Shown here in pieces: positions 34,001 to 41,660 of a DNA stretch of 64,000 nt. The notes under the pieces were generated by a model, which was not told where the DNA came from, searched no databases, and worked only from the letters and a program-made list of their open reading frames with translations. Position 1 is the first letter of the stretch, and each line of letters starts with the position of its first letter. A program made the position numbers and the translations under genes. The stretch spans positions 1,600,001 through 1,664,000 of the forward strand of contig CAWIIB010000001.1 of the NCBI GenBank assembly GCA_963836075.1, read 5' to 3'. This DNA is from an uncultured Acidobacteriota bacterium. GTDB lineage: Bacteria; Acidobacteriota; JAQAZP01.

Positions 34001-34833
34001 AATACACTGACGACATGTCCGCCGTCTACCTGACCACCGGCATGATCGACTGCACCGACCTGATCGATGTCAGCGTCAGTTTCCAGCGCTGGCTCGGTGT
34101 CGAGTCGGCCAGCTACGACCACGCGCAGTTCCAGATCAACACCGCCGGCCTGCTCTGGGACACCATCTGGGAGAACGAGGCCAGCACGATGAACGAATCG
34201 AGCTGGACCGAGCAGGTCTACGACATCTCCGGGTACGCCGACGGCCAGGCCAATGTCCGTCTGCGCTGGGTCCTCGGGCCCACCGACGGCTCGGTGACCT
34301 ACCACGGCTGGAACATCGACGACATCGCGATCATCGCCACCGACACATCGGTGGAGCCGCCGCCGGACTGCAACGAGAACGGCGTGCCCGACCTGCAGGA
34401 CATCATCGACGGCACCAGCAGCGACGTCAACGGCAACGGCATCCCCGACGAGTGCGAGGGCGTGACCTCCACCATCGATGCCTCCCTGACCTGCACCCCG
34501 GACAGCGGAGTGCTGCCCTTCACCACCCAGATGGCGGTGGATCTGGCCAACCTGACCACCGAGAACCGCCGCGCCGCGGCCCGCATCAACATGGTGCTGG
34601 CCAACGGCACGCCCTACACCAACTGGCGTGCCGGCTGGACCAACCTCTCCTCCGGGGAGACCTTCAGCACCAGCTGGAACCAGAACCTGCCGGCCCTCGG
34701 CACCCTGGTGGGCAGCAACGTCTTCACCATCGTCGGTGAGGATGTCACTCCGGCGCCCTACAACCAGCCGCCCTTCGCGCCCTCCGGCGACACGGCCACC
34801 GACGACTGCACGGTGACCGCTTCGGCGCCGTAA
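31069..34833 (+). CDS. Secreted gingipain-like C25 cysteine peptidase with BACON-like, proprotein convertase P, Ig-like and jelly-roll domains, a DCNxNG motif and the shared C-terminal domain
   Basis: Same C25 motifs as the paralog; ITHTYIGDLTVSLTSPEG (P domain); GDDSFTF (Ig-like); DCNENGVPD…NGIPDECE; GGAGG before ATG 31069. Confidence 0.9.
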   Translation: MTAHRTLIVMIALLASFCLISSNAGATQIWATTSDEGTAALKEMSIATAPEVDVLSADESGMRLDIRVPGFSLDLQKTRGGEFLVLGWPEAAPSGALGAPALPVVRELFLAPLGAAVSVQVNAGDPIRVDADLLGHDFRVMPRQAPVPKLPGAFSSARFEFDAQAYGSSQLPAERALVTELGIFRGQRLMLLEVSPLAYNARDQRIAFWPAMNVQVSFQGGTAAKSTLRPLPGLLDNVLNPELAGEQTAMRGTGNYLVIVAETFAAHAKMTEFINAKTAQGFTVSTYSVPAGTANTVIKTYIEGLYGGASSPDYILLVGDSDTIPHWVGGGEGSPHTDLNYVCMDGSTDWSPDIAIGRFPVDDGAELTVMVDKILSYDNGQFADASYTSRACFMASVDNYTISEGTHNYVIDTHMEPNGIVSDKLYQVTYGADTQDVRDSFNGGRLYGCYSGHGGTYSWADGPPFEQSDINNLTNYQMYSWVLSFACITGTYTVDECFTETWVLAADKGAIAAWGSSVNSYWTEDDVLERRLFDVLYFDDVRELGPLYNATKIVYAGEMGTGQTTRRYFEMYNHLGDPATFISYGIAALRVTPSSGLIAEGPEGGPFAPASKVYTLSNLADYPIDYTVALQGGESWLDLTGALSGTLNTGETAEVTVALNAGADTLPIGAFGDTVVFTNLTDGIGDTTREVSLEVGRYVYHSADVPQAINDNSTITSTLDVADHFCIADVDVELDITHTYIGDLTVSLTSPEGTMVTLHNRSGGSSANIQQTYDDEGTAPDGPGALSDFDFESPMGTWTLTVTDSAGGDTGTLNAWSVKVLPSGDECPPVALDDEISTAPFTVVDVQLQGSTMTAEPLDFIITTLPAHGTLRDGQALMIDTVPYTLTGPDQWVRYVPEYGYLGDDSFTFITYDGQDSATATVTVHIGETSTIYEFDLDTDPGWMMSGDWAFGQPAGIDGDPTSGATGTNVYGNNLNGEYTDDMSAVYLTTGMIDCTDLIDVSVSFQRWLGVESASYDHAQFQINTAGLLWDTIWENEASTMNESSWTEQVYDISGYADGQANVRLRWVLGPTDGSVTYHGWNIDDIAIIATDTSVEPPPDCNENGVPDLQDIIDGTSSDVNGNGIPDECEGVTSTIDASLTCTPDSGVLPFTTQMAVDLANLTTENRRAAARINMVLANGTPYTNWRAGWTNLSSGETFSTSWNQNLPALGTLVGSNVFTIVGEDVTPAPYNQPPFAPSGDTATDDCTVTASAP

Positions 34834-34872
34834 ACGGCAGCGGCCTCAGGCCGGACCAACAGTCCACAGCAC

Positions 34873-34908
34873 GGCCCCCCGCCCCGGCAACGGGACGGGG
34901 GGCCTTTT
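34873..34908 (+). terminator. Rho-independent terminator
   Basis: GGCCCCCCG…CGGGGGGCC followed by TTTT. Confidence 0.75.
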
Positions 34909-34922
34909 CCATTCCAGGTCAG

Positions 34923-34972
34923 CTACTTCAGCAGTGCCTCGACCTCCGTCTTCAGACGGGCGGCCCCGCCGG
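34923..34972 (-). pseudogene. 3' fragment of the tlpA-like gene (PGGAARLKTEVEALLK*)
   Basis: Matches 37090-37139 with two substitutions. Confidence 0.8.
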
Positions 34973-35079
34973 TTCGGTCCGGTCACCGTGCTCCTACTCA
35001 CTCAGTCCCGGAACACCACCCGGTTCCCTCGAATACTGTTCTCTCAACAGGTATCGCGCGCCCTGTTGTCCTTGGGCAT

Positions 35080-35108
35080 TTGAAATAAAAATCATTAACC
35101 CCTATAAT
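35080..35108 (+). promoter_or_regulatory. Putative sigma70 promoter
   Basis: TTGAAA-N17-TATAAT in an AT-rich spacer. Confidence 0.65.
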
Positions 35109-35249
35109 CTATACATTACATACAAGTATTCTGATGAATGTTTGGAGGAAAATCTCCCTAACAGGGTCAATTGAGCAGTTTGGATGATTTGCCAATACAA
35201 ATCTGGCCCCACCGGAAACCCTCGCTCCGCAAGAAAATGGAGAAACAAG

Positions 35250-37001
35250 ATGCTTAAATGGCCCCGAGTTCCTGTCCGGCTGTTACCGTTGCTACTGTGC
35301 GGATTTATTCTCTGCAGCGCCGGCATCGCACATGCCGCACCGCTGTCCGGCACCTACACGATCGGGGGCACCGATCCACACTTCGTCACCATCCAGGACG
35401 CGACTGCAGCCCTCAGCGCCAACGGTGTTGATGGCCCGGTGGTGTTCGACATCCGTACCGGTATTTATGACGGCCCGGTCAGCGTGCCCGATACCGCCGG
35501 TGTATCCGTTGACAACACCATTACCTTTCAGTCAGAGGCCGGGAATGCCAGCGATGTAACGGTCCGTTCAGACAGCGGGGTATGGGTCATCTTCAGTGAT
35601 TACGTCACACTGCAACACCTGACGATCATGCAAGAGCCGTTTGGCACGTCCGATTACGGCCGTGTACTCACCATATCGGGCGACACGGATCACATCAAAA
35701 TCCTCAACAACCGTTTGCATGGCAGAAGGACAACTACAAACATCCGGGACCGCTACGCGGTTCTGTTCAACTGGAAGACATCAACCTATGCGGCCGATGA
35801 TATTCTTATCGAGGGCAACGAAATTCTGTATGGCAGCGTGGGCATCGACTGGGACGGCAGTACCCTGATCACCGGCTCCGAGCTGCGCGTTCGCAACAAC
35901 AGCATTCGTGAGTTCGGCATTAACGGCGTGCAGATACTCAAGGAACCGGCGCTCGAGCTCATCGGCAACGAGATAGCCAGCCGCTCGATCTACCTCAGCT
36001 ATCCCTATGGCGTCATTCTGGAGTTCTGTGACGGACCCATTCTTGTCGACAAGAACCGCATCAGCGTCGATGGGCACATTGGCATGGGTATACGCGAGAG
36101 TCATTCAACCACGGCCGGTCCCGGCTTGATCACAAACAACTTTGTCTCAGTCGATTCTGGCAGGGTCGGCCTCAACATCGACGACTCGGAATACCAGACG
36201 GTCGCGCACAATACCGTCCGATTTACCGGCACGTACCAGTCCGATCCGGCGCTGAAGGTCTACGATGGGACCCACCATCGCCTGCTCAACAACATCTTGA
36301 TGAACACGACCGATGGAGCGGCCATCAGCATAACTTTTCCCGACATCAGTGTCGACCAATGTGACTACAACCTGCTGTATTCGGCGAGTGGCGCCATAGG
36401 TATTACCAGCACTTTCACAACGCACTACGCGCTGGCCGACTGGCAGGCCGCAACCGGGCATGATCTCAACTCGGTCGAGGCCGAGGCACTGTTCGTGAGT
36501 GCGGAAGACTCGCACCTGGTCGCAGGGTCGCCCGGCATCGACCTGGCGCTAACAGGTGAAGTCATCGATGATATCGACTACGAGCTGCGACCTGTGGCTG
36601 CCGATATGGGTGCCGACGAGTATCTGGGCGTGACCCCCACCATCGGCGCCTCCCTGACCTGCACCCCGGACAGCGGCGTGCTGCCCTTCACCACCCAGAT
36701 GGCGGTGGACCTGGCCAACCTGACCACCGAGAACCGCCGCGCCGCGGCCCGCATCAACATGGTGCTGGCCAACGGCACGCCCTACACCAACTGGCGTGCC
36801 GGCTGGACCAACCTCTCCTCCGGTGAGACCTTCAGCACCAGCTGGAACCAGAACCTGCCGGCCCTCGGCACCCTGGTGGGCAGCAACGTCTTCACCATCG
36901 TCGGTGAGGATGTCACTCCGGCGCCCTACAACCAGCCGCCCTTCGCGCCCTCCGGCGACACGGCCACCGACGACTGCACGGTGACCGCTTCGGCGCCGTA
37001 A
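35250..37001 (+). CDS. Secreted right-handed parallel beta-helix (pectin lyase-like) protein with the shared C-terminal domain
   Basis: Signal peptide ending AHA-A; LSGTYTIGG…GPVVFDIRTGIY; IxxNxI repeats; HL..GSPGID…DIDYELR…DMGADE; GGAG before ATG 35250. Confidence 0.82.
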   Translation: MLKWPRVPVRLLPLLLCGFILCSAGIAHAAPLSGTYTIGGTDPHFVTIQDATAALSANGVDGPVVFDIRTGIYDGPVSVPDTAGVSVDNTITFQSEAGNASDVTVRSDSGVWVIFSDYVTLQHLTIMQEPFGTSDYGRVLTISGDTDHIKILNNRLHGRRTTTNIRDRYAVLFNWKTSTYAADDILIEGNEILYGSVGIDWDGSTLITGSELRVRNNSIREFGINGVQILKEPALELIGNEIASRSIYLSYPYGVILEFCDGPILVDKNRISVDGHIGMGIRESHSTTAGPGLITNNFVSVDSGRVGLNIDDSEYQTVAHNTVRFTGTYQSDPALKVYDGTHHRLLNNILMNTTDGAAISITFPDISVDQCDYNLLYSASGAIGITSTFTTHYALADWQAATGHDLNSVEAEALFVSAEDSHLVAGSPGIDLALTGEVIDDIDYELRPVAADMGADEYLGVTPTIGASLTCTPDSGVLPFTTQMAVDLANLTTENRRAAARINMVLANGTPYTNWRAGWTNLSSGETFSTSWNQNLPALGTLVGSNVFTIVGEDVTPAPYNQPPFAPSGDTATDDCTVTASAP

Positions 37002-37139
37002 ACGGCAGCGGCCTCAGGCCGGACCGACGGTACACAGCACGGCCCCCCGCCCCGGCAATGGGACGGGGGGCCTTTTCATTTCGAGACTTCTACTTCAGCA
37101 GTGCCTCGACCTCCGTTTTCAGCCGGGCGGCCCCGCCGG
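36626..37139 (+). repeat. Direct repeat copy 2
   Basis: Near-identical to 34458-34972. Confidence 0.92.
37041..37076 (+). terminator. Rho-independent terminator
   Basis: GGCCCCCCG…CGGGGGGCC followed by TTTT; lies between convergent genes. Confidence 0.75.
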
Positions 37140-38394
37140 GGGCGTAGCCGATGTGCACCTGGCGGACCACCCCGTCGGGGCCGATCACCACCAGGTGGGG
37201 GATGCCCCTGACGCCGAAGGCCCGGGCCGACGAGCCATCGGCATCCAGGGCCACCGGAATGTCCAGCTTCTCCTGCTCCAGGAACGCCGTGACCTTCTCC
37301 CGGCCCTCCATCTGGTTCACCGCGAAGAAAACCACCTCACGGCCCTTCATCTCTTTGGCCAGGGCAGCCACCCCGGGCATGCTCATCACGCAGGGCTTGC
37401 ACCAGGTGGCCCAGAAATCGAGCACCACCACCTTGCCCTTCAGCGACGAGAGACTTACCGGCTCGCCCTCCAGCGGCTGCAGGGTCGCCTCCGGGGCCGG
37501 CTGGTTCAGCGAGGGATGGTCCTGGGCCGGGTCTTTTCCCGGACCGCCCATGCCGCCGCTTGGTGGTGCGAACTGGTCCACCTTTTTCAACTTCTCGTCC
37601 GGTTTGATTTCGAATCGCCCCGCCAGGTCGGGTTCGGCATCCCAGCCGCTGAACCGGAAGTCGAGACGCGGATTCACCATCACCATCCCCTGCTCGTCCG
37701 GTTTCGGTTCTGCGGACGCTTCAGGAGGCGCCGCCGAAAGACACCTCAAAATCCAGGGCTGATCACCGCGGGTCACCCAGACCTCACCCGCGAACGCTCC
37801 GCCGGTCAGCGCAAGATGGTGGCAGGGAATCTCGCCCACCGCTTCCTCGCCCAGCAGGGTCACCTGGTCCGCGTCCCGCAGTGCGCCCACCGTTCCGGCA
37901 GCCAGGCCAAACCCGGCCACCAGCCCGGCCCCGGGGACGATGGGGCCCTGACCCTCATCATCCACGATCAGCCCGGCCATGGTGGCCGGTGATTCCCGGA
38001 GCATGTACTGACCGAAGGGGGGCATCACCATATACTGCTGTTTGCCGTTCTGGATGAAGCTCGGCTCCCGGTCGCCGCCGGCCGGGGTGAAAGCCGCACT
38101 GGCCGGCTGTTCCAGGGCCAGTTCATATTTCAGCGGCTCCATGGGCATCCCGCCGCCAAAGCTTTTGGGCAGTTCGATATGCACCACCATAGAGGCGCTC
38201 ACCGTTTTGAGGCCGCCATAAAAATCGGCGGCCCGCTCCAGGATCACCCGGCCTTCGCCGGCGGTTCCGGGTTCCGTTTCCCCGAACGCGGGCAGCCCCG
38301 GACCGGCGGCCAGCATGAACAGAGCCAGAGCCAAACCGGTGACCCCGCCCCCCCTGAAAGGTGATGTATTTTTTCCGTCCTGTCTCAGATTCAC
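37090..38394 (-). CDS. Exported TlpA-family thiol-disulfide oxidoreductase with N-terminal LolA-like (DUF2092-like) domain
   Basis: GKVVVLDFWATWCKPC and GVRGIP (cis-Pro) motifs; signal peptide. Confidence 0.85.
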   Translation of the reverse strand: MNLRQDGKNTSPFRGGGVTGLALALFMLAAGPGLPAFGETEPGTAGEGRVILERAADFYGGLKTVSASMVVHIELPKSFGGGMPMEPLKYELALEQPASAAFTPAGGDREPSFIQNGKQQYMVMPPFGQYMLRESPATMAGLIVDDEGQGPIVPGAGLVAGFGLAAGTVGALRDADQVTLLGEEAVGEIPCHHLALTGGAFAGEVWVTRGDQPWILRCLSAAPPEASAEPKPDEQGMVMVNPRLDFRFSGWDAEPDLAGRFEIKPDEKLKKVDQFAPPSGGMGGPGKDPAQDHPSLNQPAPEATLQPLEGEPVSLSSLKGKVVVLDFWATWCKPCVMSMPGVAALAKEMKGREVVFFAVNQMEGREKVTAFLEQEKLDIPVALDADGSSARAFGVRGIPHLVVIGPDGVVRQVHIGYAPGGAARLKTEVEALLK

Positions 38395-38547
38395 GTTGTT
38401 CTCCTCAAATTTCCAGTGGATCGGGTACCGTCAACTGTCGAAAACGGCACACCCGAAATGGATCAGTCGGTCTATTTAAGGCCAGAATGGCACATTTTTC
38501 CAGTCCCGGAAGGGGCCGGGTAGAGAAATGCACATCCTGTGCCAGGA

Positions 38548-40080
38548 TCAGGGGGCGATTCCGGTGACCTGGCAGACAGCACTGCCGGTGTCCCCGGACG
38601 ACAGGTATGGCGGCTGGTTGTATGGCGCCGGTGTCACATCTTCGGCGGTCAGGGTGAAGTAACTGTCGCCCAGCAGGCTGGGCAGCGCCGGGATGTTCTG
38701 GACCCAGCTGTTCAGAAACACTCCGCCGCCGGCAATGTTGGTGTACCCGGCGCGCCAGGAGCTGTAGCTCTGGCCCCCGGCCAGGTCTACGTTGATGCGG
38801 GCGGCCAACCTGCGGGTGGTTTCCGGATAACGGTTGGCCAGCGACACCATCATCTGGCAGCCGAAGGGAAGTGTGCTTGATGCCGGGCTACAGGTGAAGG
38901 AGGTATCCACCGAGCTCCGGGCCGGGTAGTGAAAACCGATGTCCACCGTACCCGCATCGCGGATCTCGTCGGTGCGGGTGGTGAACTGGTCGAGACAGTA
39001 TAGCTGACCGTCCGCGGTCCAGCAGATCGATTCGACAGGCGCGCTGCCGGCATTGCGGCAGGGGCTGTTTTCCGGCTGCCCCGCACTGGTTCGGGACAGA
39101 TAGTAGTCACCTGCCGGCCCGGTGACAAAGTCCGGGTCGCCTGCCAGGTTCCCGGTGCCGGGGTAGCCGCCCTGCACCACCGAGTACTCGATCAGCGGCG
39201 GGTTGTAGAGATACCCGACTTCATGGGAACCGCCCCAGAGAATGCAGTTTTTCATTTGAAGGTCGGCCGTATCGTCCTGGAATACGGAGTCGCCGTAAAT
39301 GAACGAGTTGTTTTCGTAGAAGGTGCAGTTCACCACCGTGGGACTGGCGTAGTAATAGGTTGAGATCGCTCCCCCGCCGTAATCGGCAGATCCACCATTG
39401 TGCTGGTTCTCCACGAAGAGATTGTTGATGACCAGCGGTGCGGAATCCGCACCAGAGCAGCTCACACCACCGCCGCCTCCGATAGAGGCGGAGTTCTGGT
39501 GGAAGAAGTTGTTGGCCACCACCGGCGATCCGGCATCGACGAAAACCGCTCCCCCGTTACCGTCAGCCCAATTGGCGTGGAAATAGTTGCCCATGACCAG
39601 TGTGGAATCGCCACAGCAGATGGCGCCGCCATTTTCATCGGTGAGGTTGTGGAGGAACGCGTTGTCCAGGATGCGGGGGCTCGATCCCGAACAGAGGATC
39701 GCCCCGCCGCCGCAGTCCCACTCCGATTCCGTATATCCGTTCATTATGGTGAAGCCCTGGACTAGCGCTCCCGGCCCCTCACCGCTGGTCAGCAGAAAAG
39801 CCCGGTGAACCACCTTGCCGTAATCACCCTCGCAGTCGATGGTGCAGAAATCGCGGCCGTTCTCCGAGACGACGGTCACCTCCTTGCCGCTGAAGTCGAT
39901 GTCCCGGTTGCCGGGGCCGGTGTACGTGCCGTCGGCCACCAGCACCGTATCACCGTCGGACGCCGCGTCGATGCCGGCCTGGATGGTGGGCTGGCCCGCC
40001 GGGACATGGATCACTTCGGCCGGCGCGGAGGCGGGCAGCAGCAGGATTATCAGGGCAGTGAAAGCGATCCACCTGTTCAT
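38548..40080 (-). CDS. Secreted beta-helix protein (IHVPxxQPTIQAGID type, GGAI repeats) with the shared C-terminal domain
   Basis: Signal peptide; DGDTVLVADGTY; GGAI/GGAV repeats; tail WRAGYTN…DVTPAPYNQPPY; GAGGAG before ATG 40080. Confidence 0.83.
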   Translation of the reverse strand: MNRWIAFTALIILLLPASAPAEVIHVPAGQPTIQAGIDAASDGDTVLVADGTYTGPGNRDIDFSGKEVTVVSENGRDFCTIDCEGDYGKVVHRAFLLTSGEGPGALVQGFTIMNGYTESEWDCGGGAILCSGSSPRILDNAFLHNLTDENGGAICCGDSTLVMGNYFHANWADGNGGAVFVDAGSPVVANNFFHQNSASIGGGGGVSCSGADSAPLVINNLFVENQHNGGSADYGGGAISTYYYASPTVVNCTFYENNSFIYGDSVFQDDTADLQMKNCILWGGSHEVGYLYNPPLIEYSVVQGGYPGTGNLAGDPDFVTGPAGDYYLSRTSAGQPENSPCRNAGSAPVESICWTADGQLYCLDQFTTRTDEIRDAGTVDIGFHYPARSSVDTSFTCSPASSTLPFGCQMMVSLANRYPETTRRLAARINVDLAGGQSYSSWRAGYTNIAGGGVFLNSWVQNIPALPSLLGDSYFTLTAEDVTPAPYNQPPYLSSGDTGSAVCQVTGIAP

Positions 40081-40249
40081 GATGACTCCTCTTGAACGGG
40101 GCGACAGGGACACCGGCTGAATCGACACGGTCCTGTTATCAATATAGAGTCATTCCCCGGATCGGGCAAGGGAGCGACAAAGACTTGTTTCCGGGAGCGG
40201 AAAATTCTATCCTGTCCCAGACTGGAAGCATCGATATTCGGAGACGGTG

Positions 40250-41335
40250 ATGACCGAAGAGGAACTGGACAAGCTGAACGTCTTTCTCGCAGCATACGAG
40301 CAGTATGTCCGAGAACGGCTGCAGCCGGCGCAGACCGAGATCATGACCGCGATGGAACCGTGGCGCCAGCCGGACCACTGGAAAAAATACAAGAAAGCCA
40401 ACACCGTCCCCATCCCCTCGCCGGTGCGCACCATCTTCTCCCGGATCAAGCGGCCGGAACAGGTGGTGGACAAGATCTACCGCAAGGCGCCGCTCTACCC
40501 CGCCGGCCTCCACCCGGACAGCTTCCGCGCGATGAACGACACCATGGGCGTCCGCATGCTGGTCTACTTCCTCAGCCACCTGCCGCTGATCGACCGGGAG
40601 ATCCAGAGCTCGCCCGACCTGGAGATCTCCACGGTCAAGTCGCCGGTGGCCTACATGAGCCGGGACCAGGCAAAGCTGCTCAGCCTCGGCCACCTGCACC
40701 ACCTGGAAAAGGAGAGCGGCTACGGATCGCTGCACTACATCCTGCGGCTGAAAAAACAGCCCGGGGCGGAGCAGGAAAACCCGTGGTTCGAGCTGCAGGT
40801 GCGCACCCTGACCCAGGAACTGTGGTGTGTCACCGAGCACCATATGGGCTACAAGCCGGGCAAGCGGCCCAACCTGGCGGCCATGCGGCAGTTCAAGGTG
40901 CTGAGCAAGATGCTGGGGGCCATCGACGAACAGCTGAACCTGATGTACGAGGAGATGAACCGCTTCCAGGAGGAGACCAGCTACGAGAGCAACGACCCGC
41001 TGAATCCGGAGAACATCCCCTCGGTGCTGGACGAGTTCGGCCTGAACTGCGCCCAGCGGGACATCAACAACATCCTCAAGCTGTTCTACAGCCGCGGGGT
41101 GGAGACCGTGCAGGCCCTGCGCGACATCGCCACGCCCCACCGCCTGGAGATCATCCACAACACCTACCTCTCGGTGCTCGGCCGCCCGCCGGTGAGCCTC
41201 GAGGTGGCCGCCACCCTGGCCGCGCTCAAGGGCGCCGAAGGGCACCAGGAAGAGGTCAAGCGGATCAACTCCCAGATCGCCTACCGCGGCGCCTGGGACA
41301 GCATCCGCCAGGAGATCAGCCGCAATCCCGACTGA
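40250..41335 (+). CDS. RelA/SpoT-domain protein (small alarmone synthetase-like) with C-terminal extension
   Basis: SRIK…DKI, DTMGVR, SGYGSLHY, ELQVRT…W…EH…YK; no HD hydrolase domain. Confidence 0.85.
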   Translation: MTEEELDKLNVFLAAYEQYVRERLQPAQTEIMTAMEPWRQPDHWKKYKKANTVPIPSPVRTIFSRIKRPEQVVDKIYRKAPLYPAGLHPDSFRAMNDTMGVRMLVYFLSHLPLIDREIQSSPDLEISTVKSPVAYMSRDQAKLLSLGHLHHLEKESGYGSLHYILRLKKQPGAEQENPWFELQVRTLTQELWCVTEHHMGYKPGKRPNLAAMRQFKVLSKMLGAIDEQLNLMYEEMNRFQEETSYESNDPLNPENIPSVLDEFGLNCAQRDINNILKLFYSRGVETVQALRDIATPHRLEIIHNTYLSVLGRPPVSLEVAATLAALKGAEGHQEEVKRINSQIAYRGAWDSIRQEISRNPD

Positions 41336-41406
41336 CCCGGCCCCCGTGGGACACTTTGGCGACGAGGTGGTCTAAACCGGCGAAAGGAACAGTGCATTCC
41401 TGCGCA

Positions 41407-41533
41407 TGTCATTGCGAGCCCCCGACCCGCGGGGGACGCGGGAAGTCAGAGGAAGAAACACCGTTCTTAGGTAAACGTCCCCATTTTTTGGTGATCGCCG
41501 CGTCGTCGGCTACGCCGACTCCTCGCGATGACA
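41407..41533. repeat. Palindromic REP-like element (TGTCATTGCGAG…CTCGCGATGACA type)
   Basis: Terminal inverted repeats; internal hairpins CCCCCG…CGGGGG and GTCGGC-TAC-GCCGAC. Confidence 0.65.
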
Positions 41534-41660
41534 AGAGGGTCCTGTTCCTTGAGAGGGGCACCATACCCCTTCATTTACCATTGACTGGGGCGCAGCAGTT
41601 CCCTAATCTTTCGCATCCGTTAAACTGGATTTATAGTCTGCGGCAGGGGTGCAATACAGA

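Larger units (their letters stand above)
34458..34972 (+). repeat. Direct repeat copy 1 (C-terminal domain coding sequence + terminator + 3' remnant of tlpA)
   Basis: Near-identical to 36626-37139, offset 2168/2167. Confidence 0.92.

Noticed and set aside
34458-37139. Direct repeat as a DGR template/variable repeat pair or composite transposon ends
   Set aside because: No reverse transcriptase or transposase in the window; differences are few and not adenine-specific; both copies are coding.
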